From contig JBHLMP010000016.1 of assembly GCA_048938025.1 (NCBI GenBank), positions 3,428 to 59,329 on the forward strand: a stretch of DNA of 55,902 nucleotides, read 5' to 3'. Shown here piece by piece: positions 17,580 through 26,965 of the stretch; position 1 is the stretch's first letter, and every line of letters begins with the position of its first letter. The notes below the pieces were generated by a model. It was given only the letters and a program-made list of their open reading frames with translations, made no database searches and was not told the origin of the DNA. This stretch comes from Promethearchaeota archaeon. Its GTDB lineage: Archaea; Asgardarchaeota; Lokiarchaeia; Sigyniarchaeales; SOKP01. Made by a program: the position numbers and the translations under genes.

Positions 17580-18197
17580 TTATAATGAAGATTTCCCTCT
17601 TCTTTTTTCAATTATCGCTTTAGTCAAGGTTTCAAAAATAATATTATTATTTAATCCTGATTTTGATGACGTTTCAAATACATAAGCAATATTATACTTG
17701 TTTTTAAATTCTATTGCTTCAACAAATTCAACAGATCTTCTTTGATCAGCTAAATCATGTTTTCCTCCAACTAAAATAAAAACTGGATCAGTAGCATTAT
17801 TTTTTACAATATCATACCATTCTGTTAAATGATCAAAGCTTGTATGTCTTGTTATATCATAACACAGTAAACAGCCACTAGCACCTTGAGCATAATTTGG
17901 AAGGAAAAATCTAAAGCGTTTTTCTCCTGCAAAGTCCCATATCTGGAGCATAACAGTAGTGTTTTCATCTATTTTAAAGTCACAAGTTGCTAGATCTGTT
18001 CCTATAGTGATCTTTTGCTCAAGATAAAGTCCTGTTAATAACCGCTGAACCATAGTAGATTTACCGATACCCCCATCCCCCACTATAACTACTTTATATA
18101 AAAGGTGTTGAGTTTTAGTGTTTTTTTGAAGCATTTTACTAGTATTTAAAAGATTTTTAATATAATATAGATTCAAGTTTAATAAATTTTTATTCAA
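17580..18197 (-). CDS. Rab/Ras-like small GTPase
   Basis: G1 GDGGIGKS, G2 TIG, G3 WDFAGE, G4 GKHD, G5 TSSK. Start may be the ATG at 18134. Confidence 0.9.
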   Translation of the reverse strand: MNKNLLNLNLYYIKNLLNTSKMLQKNTKTQHLLYKVVIVGDGGIGKSTMVQRLLTGLYLEQKITIGTDLATCDFKIDENTTVMLQIWDFAGEKRFRFFLPNYAQGASGCLLCYDITRHTSFDHLTEWYDIVKNNATDPVFILVGGKHDLADQRRSVEFVEAIEFKNKYNIAYVFETSSKSGLNNNIIFETLTKAIIEKRRGKSSL

Positions 18198-19083
18198 TTT
18201 TTAATTGGTCTTTTATTTTATTACTTACTGCTTTTAGGTTTTCAATAATTTTAATTTGAATACTATTTGGTAATGGTTTAAGAATTTCGTTTAATTTGTC
18301 TGTATTGATATAATTAATATTCCTATAAGTAAAAACCAAAAATATAGCACTTAATGTTGGTGAAACAATAAGAATTATGTAGGTGATAAAAGAAATAGTA
18401 ATTGGTTCAGAACCCTCTGAACCTGTTCCCGGCAAGTGGTAGTCTATACCGGGAATAAGGTTATTTTGTATGAGTGTTATGGATAATAAGTTTATTATAT
18501 TTAAAATTAATAAATTTAAAATATTAATTAAGGAAATAAACTTAACAATTCTGATTTTGAGATAAGATAATAAATTATTTAGATTACTTGGTTGGGTTGT
18601 ATCTTTATTATGAAGATTATTAAGTTTTATATCAATTTCTATCTTAGAAAACTTCCATAAATCAGTAAAAATCCAAAAAAATCCAAAAGAATAAACAAAG
18701 ATAAAGAAAATATTGAAATAAATAAAATAATCATCAACTATATGAGGATTATATAGGGATTCCGCGCCTAACCAATACAAAAGAATTAATTGAATGAATG
18801 TAGAGAATGCTAAACGATTAGCATGTCTTTTTTCTAATCCGAGAGGATTATAAATAACTGGTTCATTTCTAAACTCGATACGCCATTTATTTGTATTAAT
18901 AGTTCGAAAGAATAATGAGAATGTGAAGGTAACTATTGGAAATAATAGTAGCAAGATATTATCCCACAATTGGGCAACTACTAGAATGAAGAGAAGACAA
19001 AATATAGATAAGTCCCGTAATAAGGGCTCATTAATTATGTCTTTTATTGATAAAAAATAATCCTCAGAATTATTATCACTCAT
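18190..19083 (-). CDS. hypothetical multi-pass membrane protein
   Basis: About 6 hydrophobic segments; co-oriented with and abutting the GTPase gene. Confidence 0.6.
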   Translation of the reverse strand: MSDNNSEDYFLSIKDIINEPLLRDLSIFCLLFILVVAQLWDNILLLLFPIVTFTFSLFFRTINTNKWRIEFRNEPVIYNPLGLEKRHANRLAFSTFIQLILLYWLGAESLYNPHIVDDYFIYFNIFFIFVYSFGFFWIFTDLWKFSKIEIDIKLNNLHNKDTTQPSNLNNLLSYLKIRIVKFISLINILNLLILNIINLLSITLIQNNLIPGIDYHLPGTGSEGSEPITISFITYIILIVSPTLSAIFLVFTYRNINYINTDKLNEILKPLPNSIQIKIIENLKAVSNKIKDQLKIE

Positions 19084-19325
19084 TTTTAATTAAAAATTAG
19101 TTAGTAAATTAAACTTTTTTGGTTGTCTTATTAATTATTACTACTTTGTAATTAAAATATTAAATACTATTTACTATTTTTCCAAATCCTTATTTACTCC
19201 ATGTAATTATAAAGATGGGGAAAAAATTGGTATATGGCTTAAACCCTAAAAATTTAAATTAATCATACTATTTTATTCCACAATATAAATCTAATATATT
19301 AATAGTACTAAAATGGTGTAGAGTT

Positions 19326-20423
19326 ATGAGCGAGGAGATTGTTAATGTTAAGAAAACACCACTTTATGAAACACACGTGAAACATGGTGCACGAATGGTT
19401 GATTTCGCAGGATGGAAAATGCCAGTTCGATATAAGAGTGAAATTAAGGAGCATGAAGCAGTTCGCTCAACTTCAGGTGTTTTTGACATATCTCATATGG
19501 GTGAATTTCTTCTTGAGGGTAGAGATGTGATTAATTTTCTACAATACGTTATGATAAATGATTTGAATTTGCTTGAACCTTCTAAAGGGCAATATTCTAT
19601 AATGTGTTATGAAAATGGAACTGTTGTTGATGACCTTGTATATTATGAAGAAAATCCTGAGCGATTTAGAATGATTGTTAATGCTGGTAATGTTGAAAAA
19701 GACTTTCAATGGCTAAATGATCATATAGGGAATCAAGATGTTAAAATAACAAACCTATCAACATTAAGAACTCGTTTAGCATTTCAAGGTCCAAAATCAG
19801 ATGAATATCTTCAACCATTAGTAGACATCGATCTTTCCAAAGTTAACAGGTTTTATTTTGCACACTGCAACTTAAATAACAAACCCATATTCTTGGCTAG
19901 AACTGGGTATACTGGGGAGAAAGGAGTTGAGATCTCTTTTAAAAATATGTATGCTAAAGAAATTTGGAACAATTTGATAAATACTGGAGCAAGTCCTGCA
20001 GGTTTGGCAGCAAGAGATTCTTTAAGATTAGAGTCATGTTATTCTTTATATGGACATGAGATTTCTGATTCAATAACACCTTTAGAAGCAGGACTTAATT
20101 GGCTTGCCAAACCAAAAGAAGGAATTGATTATATTGGAAAAGAAGTAATTATGAAGCAAAAATCTGAAGGAACTGAAAGGATATTAGTTGGTTTAAATTT
20201 AATAGATAAGGGGATTATTAGGCAGAACTATAAAATTTTTAAGGATGGAAATGAAATAGGATATGTAACTTCGGGGGGATATTCACCAACGCTTCAAAAG
20301 ACTATTGGTTTAGGTCTTATAAAACCTCAATATAGTGAGATTGGTACAGAATTAGAAATTGAAATTAGAAATAAACTCTTAAAGGGAAAAGTAGTTACTA
20401 CACCATTTTATCGTAATGTGTAA
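19326..20423 (+). CDS. gcvT: glycine cleavage system T protein (aminomethyltransferase)
   Basis: KTPLYETH, FAGWKMPVRY, FDISHMGE, RTGYTGE, ARDSLRLE. Confidence 0.97.
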   Translation: MSEEIVNVKKTPLYETHVKHGARMVDFAGWKMPVRYKSEIKEHEAVRSTSGVFDISHMGEFLLEGRDVINFLQYVMINDLNLLEPSKGQYSIMCYENGTVVDDLVYYEENPERFRMIVNAGNVEKDFQWLNDHIGNQDVKITNLSTLRTRLAFQGPKSDEYLQPLVDIDLSKVNRFYFAHCNLNNKPIFLARTGYTGEKGVEISFKNMYAKEIWNNLINTGASPAGLAARDSLRLESCYSLYGHEISDSITPLEAGLNWLAKPKEGIDYIGKEVIMKQKSEGTERILVGLNLIDKGIIRQNYKIFKDGNEIGYVTSGGYSPTLQKTIGLGLIKPQYSEIGTELEIEIRNKLLKGKVVTTPFYRNV

Positions 20424-20446
20424 AAAATTAATATTTTAAAATATGA

Positions 20447-20851
20447 GTGAAAATTATGGACTACAGGTTTCCTAATGATTTAAAATATACTTCCACGCAT
20501 GAATGGGTAAAAGTTGAAGATTCAGAGACTACAGTCGGGATCACTGACTATGCTCAATACCAATTAGGAGATATTGTTTTTGTAGAACTCCCAGATACAG
20601 GATTGGTATTTGAAAAGGGAAGTAATGCTGGGGAAATTGAGTCAGTGAAAGCAGTGGGTGATTTTATAATGCCTTTATCTGGAGAAATTATTGAAATTAA
20701 TATCAATCTTGCTGATAACCCAGGACTGGTAAATTCCTCCCCTTATGGAGAAGGTTGGATGATAAAAATTAAAATTAATCATGATGATGAATTTAAGGAT
20801 CTTCTATCCGTCGAACAATATAAAAAATTGGTCGAAGAAGAGGATCATTAA
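20447..20851 (+). CDS. gcvH: glycine cleavage system H protein
   Basis: HEWV, GITDYAQ..LGDIVFVELP, lipoyl-Lys ESVKAV, PYGEGW. Confidence 0.97.
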   Translation: MKIMDYRFPNDLKYTSTHEWVKVEDSETTVGITDYAQYQLGDIVFVELPDTGLVFEKGSNAGEIESVKAVGDFIMPLSGEIIEININLADNPGLVNSSPYGEGWMIKIKINHDDEFKDLLSVEQYKKLVEEEDH

Positions 20852-20902
20852 TATTTTTTTCCTTATTTTTTAAAGTAAATTATCTCTATTTGCATATATT
20901 AG

Positions 20903-22252
20903 GTGTTAAATATGGATTTTATACCCCTTGATGATAAAAACATTCGTGAAATGTTAAAAGTAATCGGTATCGAAAAATTAGAAGATTTATTTAAAGATAT
21001 TCCCAAAGATCTGCATTTGGATAAACTAAACTTGCCTTCAGGTTTATCTGAACCAGATCTTTTGCAGGTGCTTAAAAATATAGCAACTAAAAATAACCTA
21101 TACTCAAGCTCTTTCCTAGGAGCAGGTTGCTATTATCACTACATTCCTTCATTAGTCGATTTTATAATAAGTCGATCAGAATTTTATACTTCATACACAC
21201 CATATCAAGCAGAAGCTAGTCAAGGATACTTACAAGCTATTTATGAATATCAAACAATTATTTCTCGACTCACTCAGATGGATATAGCAAATGCAAGTAT
21301 GTATGATGGATCAACAGCCCTTGCTGAAGCTGCTATTATGGCAACCATTATTTCAGGGAAAAATTCAATAATTTTACTAGAAGGCATTCATCCTGAATAC
21401 ATAGAAGTTATTAAAACATATTGTTGGGGTCAAAATATAGACTTTAAAGTAGTATCAGAAGATCTTCTTGAAAATGAACTAAATGAAAATACATCTGCAG
21501 TTTTATTTCAAAGTCCAAATTTTTTTGGTGATATTGAAGATACTACAAAATTAGCTAAAATTGTTAAAAATAAGATACCAGAATGTTTAATGATTCAAGC
21601 AATGACAGATCCTACTTGCTTAGGGATTTTGATTCCACCTGGGTTAACAGATATAGATATATTTGTAGCAGAAGGACAATCGTTTGGAATAAATCCTTCA
21701 TTTGGTGGACCAGGTTTAGGGATCTTTACTGCCAAGCAGAAATATTTAAGAAAAATGCCAGGTCGATTGGTTGGAAAGACAAAAGAAATAAATGGAGACG
21801 GGATCGGATTTATATTAACATTACAAGCACGGGAACAGCACATTCGAAGAGAAAAGGCAAGTTCTAACATTTGTACTAATCAGGCATTATGTTCTTTATC
21901 AGCATTAGTATATCTTCTATCTTTAGGAAAAACAGGGTTAAAGGAAATCGCTTTACAAAACTTTCAAAAGGCTCATTTTGTTAAAAAAAAATTGAGTTTA
22001 ATCTCAGGTTATAAAATATTAAACAAAAAACCAACCTATAATGAATTCCTGGTGAGATGTCCTAATATTGATGATTTTATTAAAAAATGCAAGGAAAACG
22101 ATATATTACCTCCTCTGCGTGTTTCAAAATACTATCCTAATATGAAAGATGTTGCACTTGTATGTGTTACCGAAATGAATAAAAAATCATCAATCGATAA
22201 ATTTATTCAAATTGCTCAATCAACTTCAGAACTACAAACGGAGGGAATTTAA
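20903..22252 (+). CDS. gcvPA: glycine dehydrogenase subunit 1
   Basis: EFYTSYTPYQAE, NASMYDG, LQAREQHIRREKASSNICTNQAL. Confidence 0.97.
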   Translation: MLNMDFIPLDDKNIREMLKVIGIEKLEDLFKDIPKDLHLDKLNLPSGLSEPDLLQVLKNIATKNNLYSSSFLGAGCYYHYIPSLVDFIISRSEFYTSYTPYQAEASQGYLQAIYEYQTIISRLTQMDIANASMYDGSTALAEAAIMATIISGKNSIILLEGIHPEYIEVIKTYCWGQNIDFKVVSEDLLENELNENTSAVLFQSPNFFGDIEDTTKLAKIVKNKIPECLMIQAMTDPTCLGILIPPGLTDIDIFVAEGQSFGINPSFGGPGLGIFTAKQKYLRKMPGRLVGKTKEINGDGIGFILTLQAREQHIRREKASSNICTNQALCSLSALVYLLSLGKTGLKEIALQNFQKAHFVKKKLSLISGYKILNKKPTYNEFLVRCPNIDDFIKKCKENDILPPLRVSKYYPNMKDVALVCVTEMNKKSSIDKFIQIAQSTSELQTEGI

Positions 22253-22254
22253 TA

Positions 22255-23691
22255 ATGCAATCTAATAATACATTAATATTTAATAAAGGTAGTGGTAATG
22301 CTCAAAGAAATTTTATTCCAAAAATGGATATTGAAGAAGTAGAACTAAAAGAGATAATTCCAAAATCATTGCAAAGGATTGATTTACCACTTCCAGATAT
22401 ACTGGAAGTTGAGATTGTTCGCCATTATATAGATTTGAGTAAAAAGAATTATGGAGTTGATGATGGATTTTATCCCTTAGGCTCATGCACAATGAAATAT
22501 AATCCTAAAATTAATGAAATTGTAGCTCGTATTCCTAAATTTTCACAAATTCACCCTCTTCAAGATGAAAATCAAGGTTGTCTTGAATTAATGTATAATT
22601 TTTCAAAAGCATTAGAAGAAATCACTGGTATGGACGGATTTACATTTCAACCCGCTGCTGGTGCTCATGGTGAATTAACAGGATTGCTAATCATTAAGAA
22701 ATTTTTTGAAAGTAAAAACATGAAAAAGAATAAAATATTAGTTCCTGATTCTGCACATGGAACAAATCCTGCTTCTGCCAAAATGGCAGGTTTCTCAATA
22801 GTTGAATTACAATCAAATACAGATGGTGAAGTACCACTTGATCATTTAAAATTTGCTATGCAAGAGGGTGATGTAGCAGGTATAATGTTAACAAATCCAA
22901 ATACTCTGGGTGTTTTTGACCGACAAATTAAAGATATTACTCGAATTGTACATGAAAATGGAGGATTATGCTATTATGATGGTGCTAATTTAAATCCAAT
23001 GTTAGGAATCTGCCGTCCTAGAGATATGGGGTTTGATATAGTTCATTTAAATTTACACAAGACTTTTTCTACTCCACATGGAGGTGGTGGACCAGGTTCT
23101 GGTCCAATCGGTGTGATAGAAAGACTTATCCCTTATCTTCCAAAACCATATATAATTTCTCCTGAAAAGGTAGTTAATTATAGAGAAAATAATGATAATT
23201 CAATTGGTAGAATTAAAGCGTTTTGGGGGAATTTTGGGGTCATAATTCGAGCTTATGCTTATATCTTAGCGTTAGGTGCTGAAGGTTTAAAGCGAGTTGG
23301 TCAAATGGCAGTTCTAAACGCAAACTACTTGAGAATTTTACTAAAAGAGAAATATAATCTACCATATGATAGAATTTGTCAACATGAATTTGTTCTATCA
23401 GATAAAAACTTACCAAATGATATTACTACGGAGGATATTGCTAAACGTATTCTAGACTATGGATTATATGCTCCCACTATTTATTTTCCACTCATAGTCA
23501 GTGGGGCGATAATGATCGAACCTACAGAAACCGAGTCAAAAACCTCACTCGATTACTTTGTTGAAATAATGGAGAAAGTTTATCAAGAAGCTCAAAATAG
23601 CCCCGATCTTTTAAAAAATGCCCCAAGTAGTACGCCTATAAAACGCCTTGATGCTGTCCTTGCTGCTAGAAAACCGAAATTACGTGATTGA
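22255..23691 (+). CDS. gcvPB: glycine dehydrogenase subunit 2
   Basis: PLGSCTMKYNP, QPAAGAHGE, PLP-Lys HLNLHKTFSTPHGGGGPG, EPTETE. Confidence 0.97.
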   Translation: MQSNNTLIFNKGSGNAQRNFIPKMDIEEVELKEIIPKSLQRIDLPLPDILEVEIVRHYIDLSKKNYGVDDGFYPLGSCTMKYNPKINEIVARIPKFSQIHPLQDENQGCLELMYNFSKALEEITGMDGFTFQPAAGAHGELTGLLIIKKFFESKNMKKNKILVPDSAHGTNPASAKMAGFSIVELQSNTDGEVPLDHLKFAMQEGDVAGIMLTNPNTLGVFDRQIKDITRIVHENGGLCYYDGANLNPMLGICRPRDMGFDIVHLNLHKTFSTPHGGGGPGSGPIGVIERLIPYLPKPYIISPEKVVNYRENNDNSIGRIKAFWGNFGVIIRAYAYILALGAEGLKRVGQMAVLNANYLRILLKEKYNLPYDRICQHEFVLSDKNLPNDITTEDIAKRILDYGLYAPTIYFPLIVSGAIMIEPTETESKTSLDYFVEIMEKVYQEAQNSPDLLKNAPSSTPIKRLDAVLAARKPKLRD

Positions 23692-23797
23692 GCTAAACTT
23701 ATACTTTAATAAATAAATTTTTATACCCTATACTAATATAAACTTTTAAAAAAATAGTTTTTTAAGTTATTTTTTATCCCACTTTTGGTGTATAAAC

Positions 23798-25768
23798 ATA
23801 GATTATCAAACTTTTTTTCCTTACAGACAATTTAGAGAAGATCAAGAAAAAATTATTAAAGAAATCGAATTAAATTCAAAATCTAAAAAAAACATTTTAT
23901 TAGTTGCTCCCAATGGTACAGGTAAAACCATAATTGCTTTAAGTGGACTTCTTCCTTTAGCCTATGAGAAAAACTTAAAGATAATTTATACTTGTAGAAC
24001 ACACTCTCAAAATACAAGAATAATAAAAGAACTGAATAAGATCTCTCAATTTCTAACAAAAAATAATACAAAAGTAAAATTAAATGGTCTCTCCATTAGA
24101 GGAAGAAACGAGATGTGCTTAAATAAAACCTTGTTATCTTTAAAATTAAATCCAAGGGAATCTATGTCAGTATGTAATGATTTAAGAAAAAATGCTAATT
24201 GTCTTTATTTTTTAAATTTACTAAAAAAAAAGGATAGAGTGGATAACTCTTTATTATTAGCCCCAGATTTGTTCAATAAACCTGTTGATGCAGAAGATCT
24301 CATAAAATTCTGCAAGGATGAGAAGCTTTGTCCTTATTTTCTTAGTAAATTCCTCCTTAAAGAAATGAAAATTATCATATGCAATTATCAGTGGATTTTT
24401 AGCCCTTTTATTCAAGAATCTTTCTTAAAATTTATTGATCAAGAACTTCATAACTTTATTTTAGTCATTGATGAATGTCATAATTTAATTAACACAGCTA
24501 CAGAGGTAAATTCAGAAAAAATCTCACCTTATTCCTTAAGATTATGCTTAAAAGATTTAGAAATGTATAGATCACCCATTCTTATGCAAAGTTTTGTTAA
24601 AATTTTAATGGATCTATTAAAAATTAAAAAAGAATACTTTAAGGGTGAAGAAGAAGAAGTAAAACCAGATATTCTCTTAGAAGTAATATATAAAAAATTA
24701 GGATTTTGTGATTTAGTTGAATTTAAAAATTTTATAAAAGATCTTTATGAGTTCAGTATTTCGATTCATGAAGAGAAAATAGCAAACGGTGACATTTCAA
24801 GAGACTTTGTTGGATCTTTGGCAGAATTTTGGCTAAAGTGGTTAAAAACCTATCTCTTAGATAGTTATTTTTTTTGTTATAATTTAAAGGAGAAGAAGGG
24901 TAAAAGATCAATATCGCTTGAAATTGTGGCGTTAGATCCAAGAGAGATTACTATACCAATCCTAAAAAATGTATATACTTGTTTAAACCTATCTGGGACA
25001 GCTAACCCTTATGTGTATAACTATTTAATCGGGTTAAATGAGAGCGGAAAAAGTTATAAAGGAATCATAGCAGATTCCCCTTTTAAAAAAGAAAATATTA
25101 AAGCATTTATCATAGAAGGGGTTAATACTAAAAATAATAATAGAAATCCAGCTATGTTTAAGAAGTTGAATGAAAAAATAGATGAGGTTCTATATTGCAC
25201 TCCAGCAAATTCAGGGATTTTTTGTGCTTCCTACAAAATTTTAAAAGGTTTAGTTTCAAATGGATTAGAATTAATAGTAAAAAAGAACAATAAAAAGCTA
25301 TTTTTAGAAGAATCAGGTTTATCTGCATCAGAAAATGCTAGTATGGTTGAAGATTTTAAATCTATGTCCCAACCACCTAATAATGGTGCTGTATTAGTAG
25401 GTGTTTGTGGTGGTAGAAATTCTGAAGGAGAAGATTATCCTGGAGATTTTATGAATTCTGTTGTAATCGCAGGATTCCCTTATCACTTGCCAACTCCACG
25501 GGTAGAAGCGAAAATTGGATACTATGATAAAGTCTTTAATAAACAAGGATGGAATTTTGCTTACCTCTATCCTGCGATTCAAAGGGCTAATCAAGCTTCA
25601 GGACGTCCAATAAGAAGACTATCTGATAAAGGAAGCTTAATTTTTATGGATAACAGATTTAAAAGCAAATATCAATGGATCTCTGAATGGGTAAAGAAAG
25701 AATTAGAATTAGTTCCAGATAAAAAAAATGCAATCATTCAGAGATTATATCCTTTTTGGAATTCATAG
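23798..25768 (+). CDS. XPD/Rad3-family Fe-S DNA helicase
   Basis: Frame is open 105 codons above the tracked ATG (24113) and encodes the Q-motif FPY..FR.DQ, Walker A APNGTGKT and RTHSQ. Downstream: Fe-S cysteines, DECH, SEGEDYPG, QASGRPIR. Confidence 0.9.
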   Translation: MDYQTFFPYRQFREDQEKIIKEIELNSKSKKNILLVAPNGTGKTIIALSGLLPLAYEKNLKIIYTCRTHSQNTRIIKELNKISQFLTKNNTKVKLNGLSIRGRNEMCLNKTLLSLKLNPRESMSVCNDLRKNANCLYFLNLLKKKDRVDNSLLLAPDLFNKPVDAEDLIKFCKDEKLCPYFLSKFLLKEMKIIICNYQWIFSPFIQESFLKFIDQELHNFILVIDECHNLINTATEVNSEKISPYSLRLCLKDLEMYRSPILMQSFVKILMDLLKIKKEYFKGEEEEVKPDILLEVIYKKLGFCDLVEFKNFIKDLYEFSISIHEEKIANGDISRDFVGSLAEFWLKWLKTYLLDSYFFCYNLKEKKGKRSISLEIVALDPREITIPILKNVYTCLNLSGTANPYVYNYLIGLNESGKSYKGIIADSPFKKENIKAFIIEGVNTKNNNRNPAMFKKLNEKIDEVLYCTPANSGIFCASYKILKGLVSNGLELIVKKNNKKLFLEESGLSASENASMVEDFKSMSQPPNNGAVLVGVCGGRNSEGEDYPGDFMNSVVIAGFPYHLPTPRVEAKIGYYDKVFNKQGWNFAYLYPAIQRANQASGRPIRRLSDKGSLIFMDNRFKSKYQWISEWVKKELELVPDKKNAIIQRLYPFWNS

Positions 25769-26948
25769 AGTTAATTTTAGTTGGTTTAAATTTCACAAAA
25801 ATGATAAGAGAAGAAATTACTGGAAATATTATCATAAAATACATAGCGATATAATAATCTGAATTAAATGAAAATAATAATAAACTGAATAAAATTCCTC
25901 CTGCAAAGCTTCCTGAAAAAACACTAGTATTCGCATATCCTATATATCTACCTTTATTTTTAGGTATAGTATTTTGAGCTATATACGTTATAGTCGCTGC
26001 CCAATGCAAGGAATAACTGAAAGAAACTAAAAATTGGAAAAATAAATAACTCAAAAAGTTGGTTGATATAATGTATCCAAAAACCGTAATGGCGCTTAAC
26101 AAATAACCAATAATCATGAAGGATTTAATATTTTTATTGGAAATTAACTTCCCTATTAACAACATCTGAGGAATTTGCAGTAAAAAATTAATTCCTATTA
26201 GAAATCCAATCTCTATACCAGAACTTAAATGAAAACTCATAATAATGAAAAGAATTGGCATGAGCGGCTTGATACTAAAGTTTCTAAAAAATAAACCATA
26301 ATAGACTGAGTGAAAAATTGGATTTTGTTCTTCAGTAATAATTAAAATTGAGTCATTAGTGCTATTATCTATTCTATTTCTATACCTTTCTAATATCAAA
26401 GACCTATTTTCCCTTATAAAAACAACGAAAATTATAGTGGGTAAAGAAACTAATAATGTAAATAATATTATCTTCTCTATTCCATAAATATGAATAAAAA
26501 TACCACCAGATTGAGCTCCAACGAACCAACCCGCTACTATTGTAGCGTTAAAATAAGAAAGGAGTTTTTTATCATCTTCTACCAACTCAGCAAACAGTGT
26601 CATAAATAAATTTGATGATGCCATAAAAAAACCAAAAAAAATTAGCACAATTACTATTAATATTAAATCTTGAGTTAAGAATAAGAAGAAATAACTAAAA
26701 GTAGTACCAATCGTTCCGAATACTATAAATACAAATCTATTCTGACTTTTATCTGAGAGATATCCATATAATGGAGGGAAAAGAAAAGCAGTTAGAGGAA
26801 AAATTGTGATTATAAGTTGCGTTATTGGTATTTCTGCGCCCAAATACACTAAATATCTGGGTGCATAAGTATAAACTATGATAGATGCCGTATTAATAAA
26901 AAAAACAGAGATTAAAATAAGAATTGTTGATCTTCTTGAAATTATCAC
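25734..26948 (-). CDS. MFS transporter
   Basis: About 12 TMs; GYLSDKSQNR motif A. Confidence 0.85.
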   Translation of the reverse strand: MIISRRSTILILISVFFINTASIIVYTYAPRYLVYLGAEIPITQLIITIFPLTAFLFPPLYGYLSDKSQNRFVFIVFGTIGTTFSYFFLFLTQDLILIVIVLIFFGFFMASSNLFMTLFAELVEDDKKLLSYFNATIVAGWFVGAQSGGIFIHIYGIEKIILFTLLVSLPTIIFVVFIRENRSLILERYRNRIDNSTNDSILIITEEQNPIFHSVYYGLFFRNFSIKPLMPILFIIMSFHLSSGIEIGFLIGINFLLQIPQMLLIGKLISNKNIKSFMIIGYLLSAITVFGYIISTNFLSYLFFQFLVSFSYSLHWAATITYIAQNTIPKNKGRYIGYANTSVFSGSFAGGILFSLLLFSFNSDYYIAMYFMIIFPVISSLIIFVKFKPTKINSMNSKKDIISE

Positions 26949-26965
26949 TTAAATACACCTTTTAT

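Noticed and set aside
19326-23691. gcv operon lacking the L protein
   Set aside because: Dihydrolipoamide dehydrogenase is commonly encoded elsewhere; not unusual.
23883-24071. 62-aa minus-strand ORF in an apparent intergenic gap
   Set aside because: The gap is the 5' part of the XPD helicase on the plus strand.
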